DNA of 64,000 nt from Paramoeba atlantica. Lineage: Eukaryota; Protista; Discosea. Shown in pieces: positions 12,484 to 22,734 of this stretch. The position numbers and the translations under genes were made by a program. The stretch lies in assembly GCA_977017575.1 (NCBI GenBank), contig CDRNVI010000179.1:1-64000 (forward strand), in the 5' to 3' direction. Each line of letters begins with the position of its first letter. Positions within the stretch are counted from its first letter, which is position 1. The notes beneath the pieces were generated by a model, which saw only the letters and a program-made list of their open reading frames with translations, searched no databases and was not told the DNA's origin.

Positions 12484-13884
12484 ATGAGACGTTTCTTCTT
12501 TTCTTCTTCTTTTCCAATAGAAATGAGAAGTTTCTTCTTTTCTTCTCCAAGACAAATCAAATCTTTCCCTTTTTCCTCAACGAGAGACAATCTTCTCCAA
12601 ATAACCAATCGAAACTCTTTTTCAAAAAACACCATTCACATGAAACGTTTCTTTTTTTCTTCTCCAATCCCGAGATACAATCTCCTCCAAACAACAAATA
12701 GAAACTCTTTTTTTTCTTTTTCTTTTTCTTCTTCTTCTTCTTCTCCTTCCTCTTCTTTTTCATTCATCCAAAGAAAGAATCATCACCCAACAAAAAGATC
12801 TTCTTCTTCTTCTTCTTCTTCTTCTCTTTTGTGTCGAAACGAAGAAGAAATGAGACAAATTGGAGAGAGAGTAGCTCAATTGATCTCTTGTCCTTCTTCA
12901 ATCTTCCTTCATGGGTAACTGTAAAAATTCATTTCTCTCTCTCAAATTTTCTCTCTCTCTCTTTATTCCTCTTTTTTTGATTCTCTCTCTCTCTTCTTTA
13001 TATCCCAACAACAAAAAGAGATCTTGGGAGTGGAAAGACAACATTTGTCAGAGGGTTTATACAATCTCTTGCTTCTGAAGAAATCTCTGTCTGCAGTCCT
13101 TCTTATCTCCTTGAAATTGAATATCCATTTCCACAATTCAGGTTTGAAATTGGAACCAAAACCAAAACCAAAAACCAAAAACCAAAACCAAAAACCAAAA
13201 AACAAAAACCAAAAACCAAATACCAAAAACCAAATACCAAATACCAAAAACAAAACATAAAACCAAAAAAAGTTGAATGTTTTGTTTTTTCTTTTGTTTT
13301 TTCTTCTTTGTTTTCCTTATTTTGAGTGATTTTAGTTTCTTTGACTTTATTTATTTATTGGCAATGAAAAATGATTTCATTTTCTTTTAGTGTTTCTCAC
13401 CTTGATTGTTATCGATTGGAAAACGAGGAAGACTTCCAAATTTTGGATTTGGAAAAGAAATTTCGGGAAGGTTTGTTTGTTATTCTGTGTTTGTTGTTTG
13501 AGGGGTATCATTTAAAAGAAGAATTAATCTCATCAAAGAAGAAAAAATGCCACTCTTTAAAAAAAATGAAAAAAGAAAAAAGAAATTTTTTGTTTGTATT
13601 TTTGTTCTTTCATTTCAATTTTTTAAATTTTGTTCTCTAATTTTGAAGCTATCTGTTTGATTGAATGGGCTGAGCGAATACCTTCGAATCTCCACACAAT
13701 TGCTGATCCATTAATCGTAAACATTGAAGTTTGTGAAGAACAAACCCCACCAGACCAACAATTTTCTTCGAATGAGAATAAGAATGAGGATGATTTTGTT
13801 CGGCGAGTTTGTTTTGAGGGATCAGAGAGATGGAATGAATTGATTCAAGCAGCAACAATACCCCAAAAAAGAACAGAGGAATGA
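12484..13884 (+). CDS. tsaE: TsaE/YjeE-family P-loop ATPase (t6A biosynthesis) with long Arg/Ser/Phe-rich N-terminal extension; 4 exons
   Basis: Spliced product reads LHGDLGSGKTTFVRGFIQ...CSPSYLLEIEY...HLDCYRL...ICLIEWAERI, all TsaE hallmark motifs. Confidence 0.88.
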
Positions 13885-14039
13885 AATAAAAAGGAAGGAA
13901 AAAAAAAAGGTTTCACACAAAGACAAAAAAAAAACAAAAGAGAGAAGGGCAAAGAGAAGGAGTTTCAAACAAAAAAGTTTTATTGATCACACAAAAATTT
14001 TTAAATTAAAAAAAAGGAGATCGATTTCAATATCTCTCT

Positions 14040-15874
14040 CTACTTCTCAATAATAATTGCACCTTTCTGACCACGGTTAGAAAAGTTGTTGTTTCGGGTA
14101 CACATATAGACATACTCTCCAGGTGAAAATCTCAAGAGACCTCCATTGTATGATGCAGGAGCATTGTTGAGAAGAGAGTCAGTACCGGCACCGTTCCCTG
14201 CAGTGGCAAACTCCATTGCAAGCTAAACAAAAGATGTTAAGTCAAATGAAAAAAAATATCTTGGAGATGGGAGGATAAACTTGGAGAGAGAGGGGGAGGG
14301 GGGAGGGGGGAGGGGGGACGAGGATGGGGAAGAGGATCCAAAAGAAGAAAGAATTGAGGAGAGAAAGAGAAGAATAAAAAAAGAACCTGTCGAGAAGTTC
14401 TTCGAGGAATTGAATCAGTCACACTGTCCCACATGTTTGCTCGAGAGTCACTAAGATGCAAAGGATAGTTACGGTTTTGATTCTCAATTTGAACAATATT
14501 TGAACGATCAGTTCCTCCAGTTCCTTGACCATCATCACCAGCTTGTCCATCACCAGCAGGAGGATTGTTATCATGTGTGTTCGATCCAGTCCATTGAACA
14601 TGGATGTAGTCACTTCTGGAAGCATGAAGAAATTCAGGCATAAAGTTATACTCAACAGAAGGGTAGCATTGAACAATGTTTCCTCGCTTTCCTTGAACCA
14701 TCAGATTGTGGATGGTGGTAGAACGGCCGATACCATTTGGACGAGGGTTCACACTGAAGATATGAGATCGATCTTGGAAAGTACGACCAGTTTGGGCAGT
14801 GTTGATGGCAAGCTTAAAACCTTGACGAACTCCAATATCGACGGTAGGGTTTTGTTGAACAGGTGAAAGTTCTCCATTAAAAGTTGAATTCAAATCCCAA
14901 GCATAATCGGAAGTCGAGATGTTATAACGAAGCCTCATAACACATTTGGGGCAAGTATTTGCTCCACAAAGTTGTTGGGGAGAGGGCATAGTAAAATTGT
15001 ACATATTCTGCCACCCACTTCGACCATTTCCGAGATGGTTATCACGACTCCAAGGACAATCACCACAGGAGATTGGGAATGGTTGAGTAGGGTTTACAAG
15101 ATCTTCATACCAACCACAACGAGAGGCATTTGAAGTCATCACACCAATAGTTCTCCAAGGACTGGGGCCCCAGTATGGAAAATAGTCCCTTTTCGAAGAA
15201 AAAAAAAACAAATCAATATTCATTTTTCACAAAAAGAAGGAGAAAAAGAAGAAAGAGAGGTTGAAAAAGGAAAAAAAAAAAAAAACAGATAAATAAAATA
15301 AAAAAGGGAACCTTTCTTCAGGACATTCAAGACCACTTCGACCACCATTGGGATTTTGACGAGTTTTAGTCGCATCATCACCATTCAATCGCTGATCAGC
15401 AGTGAAGAGACCCTTGTTACGTTCACGGGCTTTGCAAGCGGCATAATACTCTTGTGTCTCATGCAACCCAGTGTTGGTATCATCATTATTTTCATTAGGT
15501 TGGTTGGTGTTTTGTCCATTACGGAGATGGTCAGCACAATAAACCTGAACAATCAACTCTGATCTGGTCTTGTCGTTAGGATCGCCTTGACCCCCAGCAG
15601 CGTGTTGGTTGGTCCAAGTCATGTAATATTGAGATCCTTCATAGATTTGCTCCGCATATTGTTCAGCTTGGGATTGAGAGGCAGCGGCACCACGGTCACC
15701 AACATTGTAACCACCCTTATTATTGTTTTGAGAATCAAAAAGACGATTGTTGTTGGCACGATTTGCAGTTTGCTCGTTTAAACGGTTGTTCGAACCTCGA
15801 GGCATATGCAAGTAGACATCAGCGTTGACGATACTGCAACAGAAGAAGAGGGCGAGAAGAGGGAGGAGCCTCAT
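14040..15874 (-). CDS. DD3-3: DD3-3 family secreted protein; exons about 15874-15312, 15188-14387, 14222-14040
   Basis: Signal peptide [18 protein letters not shown], then [84 protein letters not shown]. Confidence 0.88.
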
Positions 15875-16189
15875 TCTGTTCTTTTGGTCCTTGAAGGGGA
15901 GGAAAACGGATGAAAAGAAGAGAAAAGGACGAGAAGAAGACGTTCGTTCACCCAAAAAAAAAACAAACAACGCCTTGGGGGCGGTCCAAAATTTTTTTTT
16001 CCGCGTAAAATAACTATTCCGAAAAAGCGAAAAGTGGATAAAGTAATATTGAAAAAGGAAATGAGTCTTTTTATCTTTCCATTTTCAAATCTAAAATAAT
16101 ACGAAAACGCACCCAAAATTTTCCCTGCGCAATAAATTAAAAAGACCATTACATCTCTTCGCGTTAACCGAAAGAAAAAAGGACCAATA

Positions 16190-16298
16190 AACGTGGTCCA
16201 AAAGTGTGACGCGTCACCCACCACGTCACACACTTCAAAGACATTTTTCCTTTTCCACATCACCAACACGCCACATCACCAACACGCCACATCACCAA
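16190..16298. promoter_or_regulatory. Putative bZIP-type elements in the DD3-3/bZIP divergent promoter: palindrome GTGACGCGTCAC (16206-16217), CCACGTCAC (16221-16229), 16-bp direct repeat CCACATCACCAACACG x2.75 (16255-16298)
   Basis: Motifs read directly from the sequence. TGACG/ACGT cores are established bZIP half-sites. Function is inferred. Confidence 0.45.
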
Positions 16299-16548
16299 GC
16301 TTGAATAAGCTGACAAAGGCTATTCCTTTTGCCACGAAAGCAAAAGGATAATTTAATTTTTTTCGAAAACTCTCGTCGTGAGATTCCAACCGCCACCGGT
16401 TCCCCTTCGATTTGATTCGAGGAAGAGCCCCTTTTCTTCTTTTTGATTTTGAGAAACTCTTCTTCTTTTTTTTTTTCCCTCCTCCTCCTTCCCTTTTCCC
16501 GCCAAAATTTTTTGCACACTCCCCACTTCACAAGAAAAGGTCAATCAT

Positions 16549-17211
16549 ATGGATTCCTCCTCCAACCCCTCTCACGATCCTGGAATGGTTCAACAAAATC
16601 ACCCAACTCTTCAAAGTCATCCTCCTCAGAGTCATCAATCTCTTCAAACACATCCCCAGAATCTCTCCCAAGGCCATCCCCCTCATCGAAGTGAACATGG
16701 GAGCCCCAGCCAACAACATGAATCTCCTCATGATCAAGTCCATCCCTCTCACGTTGCTTTAGCCCATGCTGTACATTCTCAACAATCTCTTGTTTCTCAA
16801 CAACAAGCTCATATGGTCCAACAAGCCCACGCACACGCTCAAGCACACCAACACGCTCAGCTTGGTCAACCACAACAATCTGGTGGAGTTCCAACTCACA
16901 CATTACTTGTGAATCCTTCCCCTGAAGAAGAACGACTCATGAAGAGACGACGACGTTTGATCCAAAACCGAAAGTCTGCTGCGTTATCTCGAGCTCGCAA
17001 GAAGGAATATCTTTCGAATCTCGAAAAACAAGCTGGTGAATTGAAGATTGAGCTCGAAAAAGCGAACCAACGAGCCCTTCAAATGCAAAATGCAGAATGG
17101 GAGTATAAGAATCGAATCGATGATCTAGAACAGCTAATTAAGATGCTTCGAGACGAAAATGCAATTTTAAAACAAAAGTTGGGCATTCCTCTTGATGAAA
17201 CCCCAAAATAA
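16549..17211 (+). CDS. bZIP transcription factor (CREB/ATF-like basic region), intronless, with His/Gln/Pro-rich N-terminus
   Basis: RLIQNRKSAALSRARKKEYLSNLE followed by a leucine heptad coiled coil. Confidence 0.93.
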   Translation: MDSSSNPSHDPGMVQQNHPTLQSHPPQSHQSLQTHPQNLSQGHPPHRSEHGSPSQQHESPHDQVHPSHVALAHAVHSQQSLVSQQQAHMVQQAHAHAQAHQHAQLGQPQQSGGVPTHTLLVNPSPEEERLMKRRRRLIQNRKSAALSRARKKEYLSNLEKQAGELKIELEKANQRALQMQNAEWEYKNRIDDLEQLIKMLRDENAILKQKLGIPLDETPK

Positions 17212-17483
17212 TAATGTACACCAATACTATCAGAGAGAAAAGGAAGTGTGGAGATTGAACAACAAAAAAATCATCTCCAAAAACACCTTTTTTCATTTTT
17301 TATCTATTAATATCTATCAATAATAAAAATTATTCAATATTCGATTAATAAAACCAAAAAGAAAAAAAATAAAAATAAAAGTTCATTTTTTTTAAAATTA
17401 TTTGAATTTCATTTTTTTATTATTTTTTTTTCTGGGAGATCTGTTGGGGATATTACGAAACCCATCATTAAATTGATATTGTT

Positions 17484-19015
17484 TTACTCGTGCTCCAAAG
17501 TCTTGGTTTGGAGCTTGCCATCTGCGGTCACTGTGGTCACAAATTGTTCAGGAACTGGAAGTTCGACGTGATCATCACCTTTGGGGAACATAACATTCAC
17601 GGAATCGCACTTGGAGGTGACAATTTGCGCATCCAATGAAGCCTTGGAGAGAATAATTTGGACAGAGGAAGCTTTGTCAACAGCAAAGTTAGGGATCTTT
17701 CCTTGGGATTGAATGTTGACGCTCTGGCTGTTCACGATCTCACATCCGGAAATAACATCCTGGAAGACAACACCAATACGCTTGCCACTATCAATAATGA
17801 CACCGTTAACCTTTCCGGGAATCTGGACAGTGGATCTTTCACATTTGTACATGTAAACAGAGTGCTTGGCTTCGATTTGATCCGCAGGGATGGTGAGGTT
17901 TTGGTTGTTCTCGTGAAATTCCTATTAAAAAAAAAAAAATCAACTCAATATTGGATTCTTGAAGAGGAGAGAGAGAGAGAGAGAGAGATAAAGAGAAAAA
18001 AAGAAAGAGAAAGACTTACAATGACCCATTTGTTTCCTTCCAAGACAGGTCCCTTGGGGTCATGTTTCTTAGCAACAGCTCCAAACTTGGGTTTTGCGGC
18101 GGGTTCCTTCTTGGGGGCACTCTTGACAACACCACCAGCACGAAGTTCAGGGTTCTTGTGGGTTTGCATGTCCCTGGTGACTTTCTTCAAACCCGAGGTA
18201 ATTGCACCTCCCTTATTCAAGGAAGCAAACAAAGCAGAGGTATCACCACCACCAGATTTGGCTGGAGCAGCAGCGGCAGCAGGAGGAGGAGGTCCGGGAG
18301 GAGGAGGTCCAGGAGGAGGAGGTCCACCAGAAGGAGCAGCAGGAGCAGCGGCACCACCGAGCCCACCGAAATTCCCTCCCTTAGCGTTCCAGGAAAGACC
18401 AGTGGTATGATGTTGTTTGATGTATTTTTGCATCTCGTTCAAAAAGTCTTTCAATTGATTGCACCAGTTAACATGATCTTCGTCTTTTCCCTTGTACATT
18501 TTCAAGATCTTGTTGCTCCAGAAGAGAGAAGCATCGAGAGCCTCCTTCACGAAAGGACCAGGGGTTGGGGAAACCGCGACCCAGCTGGAATAAGCACCAG
18601 CTTCACTGAGGGTGGACAAATGCTCCCATTGTTTATCTCTGCGGTTTTTCTCTCGAAGTTCCTTTGCTTCCTTGGCGGCACCAGACAAAGCCCCACAAGC
18701 TGCAAGGAACTGATCCATTGGTGGTTGCTTGCTACGGGAAGCAGCATTAATCGCCTTGCGAATTTCTCCATTCACAATTGCAAACTGAGCAACTTGGGCT
18801 TTCAAGTTGTCACCTCCAATTTTGTCGGTAGTGGCGGAAAAGGGAGCGAAAAACCCGGCGATCAGGTCATCCCAAGCTTTGGCAGCAGCAGAATCCTCAC
18901 CTTCAGCAACAGGAGCAGGTCCAGCACCACCACCACCACCAGCGAGCTTGCCTTCGAGAGCTTCGAGGCGAGCGGTGATTTGTTCAAGACGAGAAAGGAT
19001 TTGATCGGCAGACAT
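17484..19015 (-). CDS. CAP: Adenylyl cyclase-associated protein (CAP/Srv2); exons 19015-18020, 17921-17484
   Basis: RLE motifs, helical folded domain, polyproline, WH2 (ALFASLNKGGAITSGLKKV), THKNPELR, CARP domain (LPVPEQF). Confidence 0.96.
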
Positions 19016-19106
19016 GATTGTTGTGGTTCACAAAGACTGGAAACAAACACACAAAAAAAAAAAACAAAAAAGTTTACGAGCCCAAAATGAGGGCCCTTTT
19101 TTTCCG

Positions 19107-19114
19107 TGACGTCA
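19107..19114. promoter_or_regulatory. Perfect CRE palindrome TGACGTCA about 92 bp upstream of the CAP start codon
   Basis: Sequence ccgTGACGTCAgag in an AT-rich intergenic region. Confidence 0.4.
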
Positions 19115-20133
19115 GAGAGTCATGAATTGATTTTCGAGGTTTAAAAAACCAATTTTTGTTCTATTTGCGGTTTAAAAAAGGTTAAATTTTTTGGCTGATT
19201 TGCGTGGCTCTTTTTTATTTATTTCTTGCTCTTTTTTCTTGGAACCGCGAATTGTTTCGATGAATCCAAAATGAAAATAGAAACTTTTTCTTGGTCTGGC
19301 TGACTTTGTTCAAAGAAGTTGGACCACCACACTCTGTGTTGGTTCTTTTTTTCTTCTTTTTCTTCTTTTTTTTCTTTTTCGAAATGAAAGAGATTTTATT
19401 TTAAAATTCTTCTCTTCATTCCAGGAAGGTTTCCACCGCCATCACCACCTTTCAATTTTTTGAAATTAAAAAGATGGATTTGCGTTTCTTTCGTGGTCTC
19501 TGAAAGAGAAAAGACAGAGTAGAGAAGAGAGAAAGAGAAGAGAGAAGAAGATAAAGGGGAAAAAAATGAGGTTTAAAAAGACAAGAGAGGAGAAGATATC
19601 TGGAAGAGAGCAAAGGAAGGGGACCAGCTTGATCGGAGAACAAAATGTCTCTCTTGTCTTTCTTTTTGTCTTTTCAGGTTTTCTTTCTCTTCGTCTCAAT
19701 TTTTTTCTTCTTCTTCTCTCTTCTTTCTTTTTTCCCTTTTCACTCTCTTTTCTCCTTTTTTTTCTCTTTTCTTCTCCAATCAAATCTGACAATTTGGAGA
19801 TTTCAAAAAAAAAAGGACTCCAATGAGTTTGGGGGAAAAGAGAAAAGAGTGAGAGATAGAAGAATGATGAAATCGTTTCTTTTTTTGTTGCCTTTCCGTT
19901 TTTCTGGCTGAAAATTTTTCTCCTCCAAACAAGAGCTGTCAAAACCGAAAAAAGTTGCCCAAAACTTTATTCAAGTGGGAGAATTCAAATGGGAAAAAAA
20001 AAGATGATACATTTTGAAAGAACTTTTGAATTCAATAAATGAAACACCAACAAGAGCCAGAGACAAAAAAAGATTGAAATGAACAATTTTATTCTTTTGA
20101 AATTTGAATGGTGGAAAATAAATTCTCAATTGC

Positions 20134-20715
20134 TCATACACGTCCGGTACCCTTACACTTCATGCACTTGGCTTTGAGGTATCCACTACCGCTACAATTG
20201 GTGCCGCGTTTACATGTTCCTTTCCCTTTGCAGATGTGGCAAAGGCGATTTCCACGACCATTACATCCCTTGCATGGTAAACTGCTCTTCTGTGAAGCTT
20301 GAACCGAGGCGGCTCCACTACTACTCGAGGCTCCACTACTACTCGCAGCAACACTCCCCCCTATGCGTCCGGTACCCTTACACTTCATGCACTTGGCTTT
20401 CAGGTATCCGCTACCGCTACAATTGGTGCCGCGTTTGCATGTTCCTTTCCCTTTGCAGATGTGGCAAAGGCGATTTCCACGACCATTACATCCCTTGCAT
20501 GTTGAACTGCTTCGTGAAGCTTGAACCGAGGCGGCTCCTCCCAAGTCCGAGTCATCACTAAGATCACCATCACTGTCATCACCACTCAGCTCCCCATCTA
20601 AAAGATTTTCTATCTCCTCAATTGTCTGTTGCAAGTCATCCTCAGGTGGACTTTCCTTGACACCGAGTTCCTCAAGAAGAGCGTCCAAATCCACATCGTC
20701 ACCCGAATCTGCCAT
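20134..20715 (-). CDS. J-domain-less DnaJ-type cysteine-rich (CxxCxGxG) zinc-finger protein, two tandem Zn domains, acidic N-terminus with LD-like motif
   Basis: Intronless 193-aa ORF with (CKGCNGRG, CHICKGKG, CKRGTNCSGSG, CMKCKGTG) x2. N-terminus contains DLDALLEEL. Confidence 0.8.
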   Translation of the reverse strand: MADSGDDVDLDALLEELGVKESPPEDDLQQTIEEIENLLDGELSGDDSDGDLSDDSDLGGAASVQASRSSSTCKGCNGRGNRLCHICKGKGTCKRGTNCSGSGYLKAKCMKCKGTGRIGGSVAASSSGASSSSGAASVQASQKSSLPCKGCNGRGNRLCHICKGKGTCKRGTNCSGSGYLKAKCMKCKGTGRV

Positions 20716-20937
20716 TGATCAAAGAAACGAAACTACAAAATGAAAAAACAATTACTCGTTCGGTTCTTCGAAAAAAGCGGGGAAAATAAAGAAAGTTTTT
20801 GTTTTTCACCTCAAAACTGAATTTTTCACCTCAAAAACTCAAAATGAATTTTTTTTCACCCGCACACCTCAACCAGATCTCTCCTTTTTTGGTTCTCCCT
20901 GTCCCCCACTCTAAGGCGCCTCAAACGGCCAAACCCA

Positions 20938-20978
20938 AAAGTTTCGCGTCGTTGTTGGAAACAGAGACGCGAAACTTT
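20938..20978. other. Perfect 13-bp inverted repeat (hairpin) upstream of zinc-finger gene A
   Basis: AAAGTTTCGCGTC, 15-nt loop, GACGCGAAACTTT. Confidence 0.8.
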
Positions 20979-21298
20979 CTTTTTATTTTTTGGTTTTCTC
21001 GATGGATCCAATGTAAAAAATAGAAACTTTTTCCTGATCTCTGTTTTTATGGCTCAATTTTTTTTTCTCCTCCAAACTTGCTGTCAAAGGGTATTTGAGA
21101 AAAGGTTTAAAATAATTTAAGGTATTATTCAATTCAAATGGGAAGGGAAAAAAACGATGAAACATTTTTTTTAAAAGAACTTTTGAATTCAATAAATGAA
21201 ACACCAACAAGAGCCAGAGACAAAAAAAAGATTGAACAGTTTTATTCTTTTGAAATTTGAATGGAGGAAAATAAATTGCCAAGGTACCTTCCCAAAGA

Positions 21299-21673
21299 TC
21301 ATACGCGTCCGGTACCCTTACACCTCATGCACTTGGCTTTGAGGTATCCGCTACCGCTACAATTGGTGCCGCGTTTGCATGTTCCTTTCCCTTTGCAGAT
21401 GTGGCAAAGGCGATTTCCGCGACCATTACATCCCTTGCATGTTGAACTGCTTCGTGAAGCTTGAACCGAGCCTCCCAAGTCCAAGTCATCATCGCTCAGA
21501 TCATCACTGTCATCATCACTGTCATCATCATCGTCACTGTCATCATCATCACTGTCGTCATCATCATCACTGTCATCATCATCATCACTGTCATTACTCT
21601 CCAAACGACTTTCTATCTCCTCAATTTCTGCAAGAAGAGCGTCCAAATCCACATCGTCACCCGAATCGGCCAT
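21299..21673 (-). CDS. Paralogous J-less DnaJ-type zinc-finger protein, single Zn domain, poly-Asp linker
   Basis: Intronless 124-aa ORF near-identical to the 20134-20715 gene in the Zn domain and N-terminus (DLDALLAEIEEIES). Confidence 0.8.
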   Translation of the reverse strand: MADSGDDVDLDALLAEIEEIESRLESNDSDDDDDSDDDDDSDDDDSDDDDDSDDDSDDLSDDDLDLGGSVQASRSSSTCKGCNGRGNRLCHICKGKGTCKRGTNCSGSGYLKAKCMRCKGTGRV

Positions 21674-22734
21674 TGATCAAAGAGACGAAACTGCAAAATG
21701 AAAAAAAAAATTACTCGTTCGGTTCTTCGAAAAAAAGCGGGGAAAATAAAGAAAGTTTTTGTTTTTCACTCCAAACTGAATTTTTTCACCCGCTCACCTC
21801 AACCAAATTTCTCCTTTTTTGTTCAGACTCGCCTCTTCTCGAAGACAGCGTTTGATGCAACAGAGGAGACGAAAAGAATGTGGAGGATTTGAAAAAAAAA
21901 TTGCCCAGAGGATTCCTCAACCTTCAAACAAAATTGGCAAGTCGAAGGGGAATGACCCTCTCTCTCTCTCAAATTGACCGAACTTCTGATGTCGAATAAA
22001 TGAAGAAGAGAGAAAAGGGGAAGTCGAGTGAAAGTGAACCCACTTTGTCAGGATCACCAGATCTCCGGAAGGACAAACAAAACAAAACAAAAACAAATCA
22101 GGAAGGGATAAAATAAAGATCAGGAAAAACAAGAAAAGGGAAAATAAAACAAAAGGAAAAATCAGAAAGGAAAAGAGGGAAGGAAACGGAGAGAGAGAGG
22201 GCAGTGATCAATTGGGGGAGCAGAGCAATCAGATGGCATCAAATTGAACAGAAGACAACCGAACAGGGTTCGTAACACACTTGTGTGAGGAATCATCCAT
22301 CCTTTAGGAGGCCTGAATCCAAAGAGAAAATAATCAATCGTTTAAAAAAACCTTTTGAGGGAGGAGACCTGGGTGAAAGTTTCGAAGAAAAGTTAAAAAG
22401 AAGGAGAAATAATTCCCACTGGTAGATCACAAAGCTCTCGAAAAAGGTCGAGGGGAAGCACTGATTCGGAGAAAACAGAAGGGAAGAAATCTTTTTCTTT
22501 GCAAACAAACCCAAAGAAACCTTCGAACGCAAAAAAAAGTCAACTCCAAAATAAAATTGGCACGCAAAAAAAAAAACTTTCTTTTCTTTTTCTTGGTTGT
22601 TGTTTGTTTGGTTGTGTGGTTTTCCGTCACCTCCACACAACCTGATGGACGAATGGTTGTGTCCACCAACCCAACCGAAACTTCCCGACAGGGGACTTTC
22701 TTTTGTTTTGTTTTGAAAAAAAGAAAATAAGAAA

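Larger units (their letters stand above)
19900..21800. repeat. Tandem duplication of the zinc-finger gene with its flanks
   Basis: 3' flanks (about 19915-20110 vs 21060-21270) and 5' flanks (about 20720-20830 vs 21680-21800) align. Confidence 0.85.

Noticed and set aside
16541-16903. Minus-strand ORFs overlapping the bZIP
   Set aside because: Antisense to the His/Gln-rich coding region.
18062-19090. 342-aa plus-strand ORF
   Set aside because: Antisense shadow of CAP exon 1 with no independent motifs.
19466-19942. Lys/Arg-rich 158-aa ORF
   Set aside because: Derived from purine-rich low-complexity sequence, with no ATG start or domain.
21900-22700. Scattered coding-like fragments on the minus strand (e.g. 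LPLDLFRELCDL, F-box-like)
   Set aside because: Could not be joined into a phase-consistent gene; similarity is too short.
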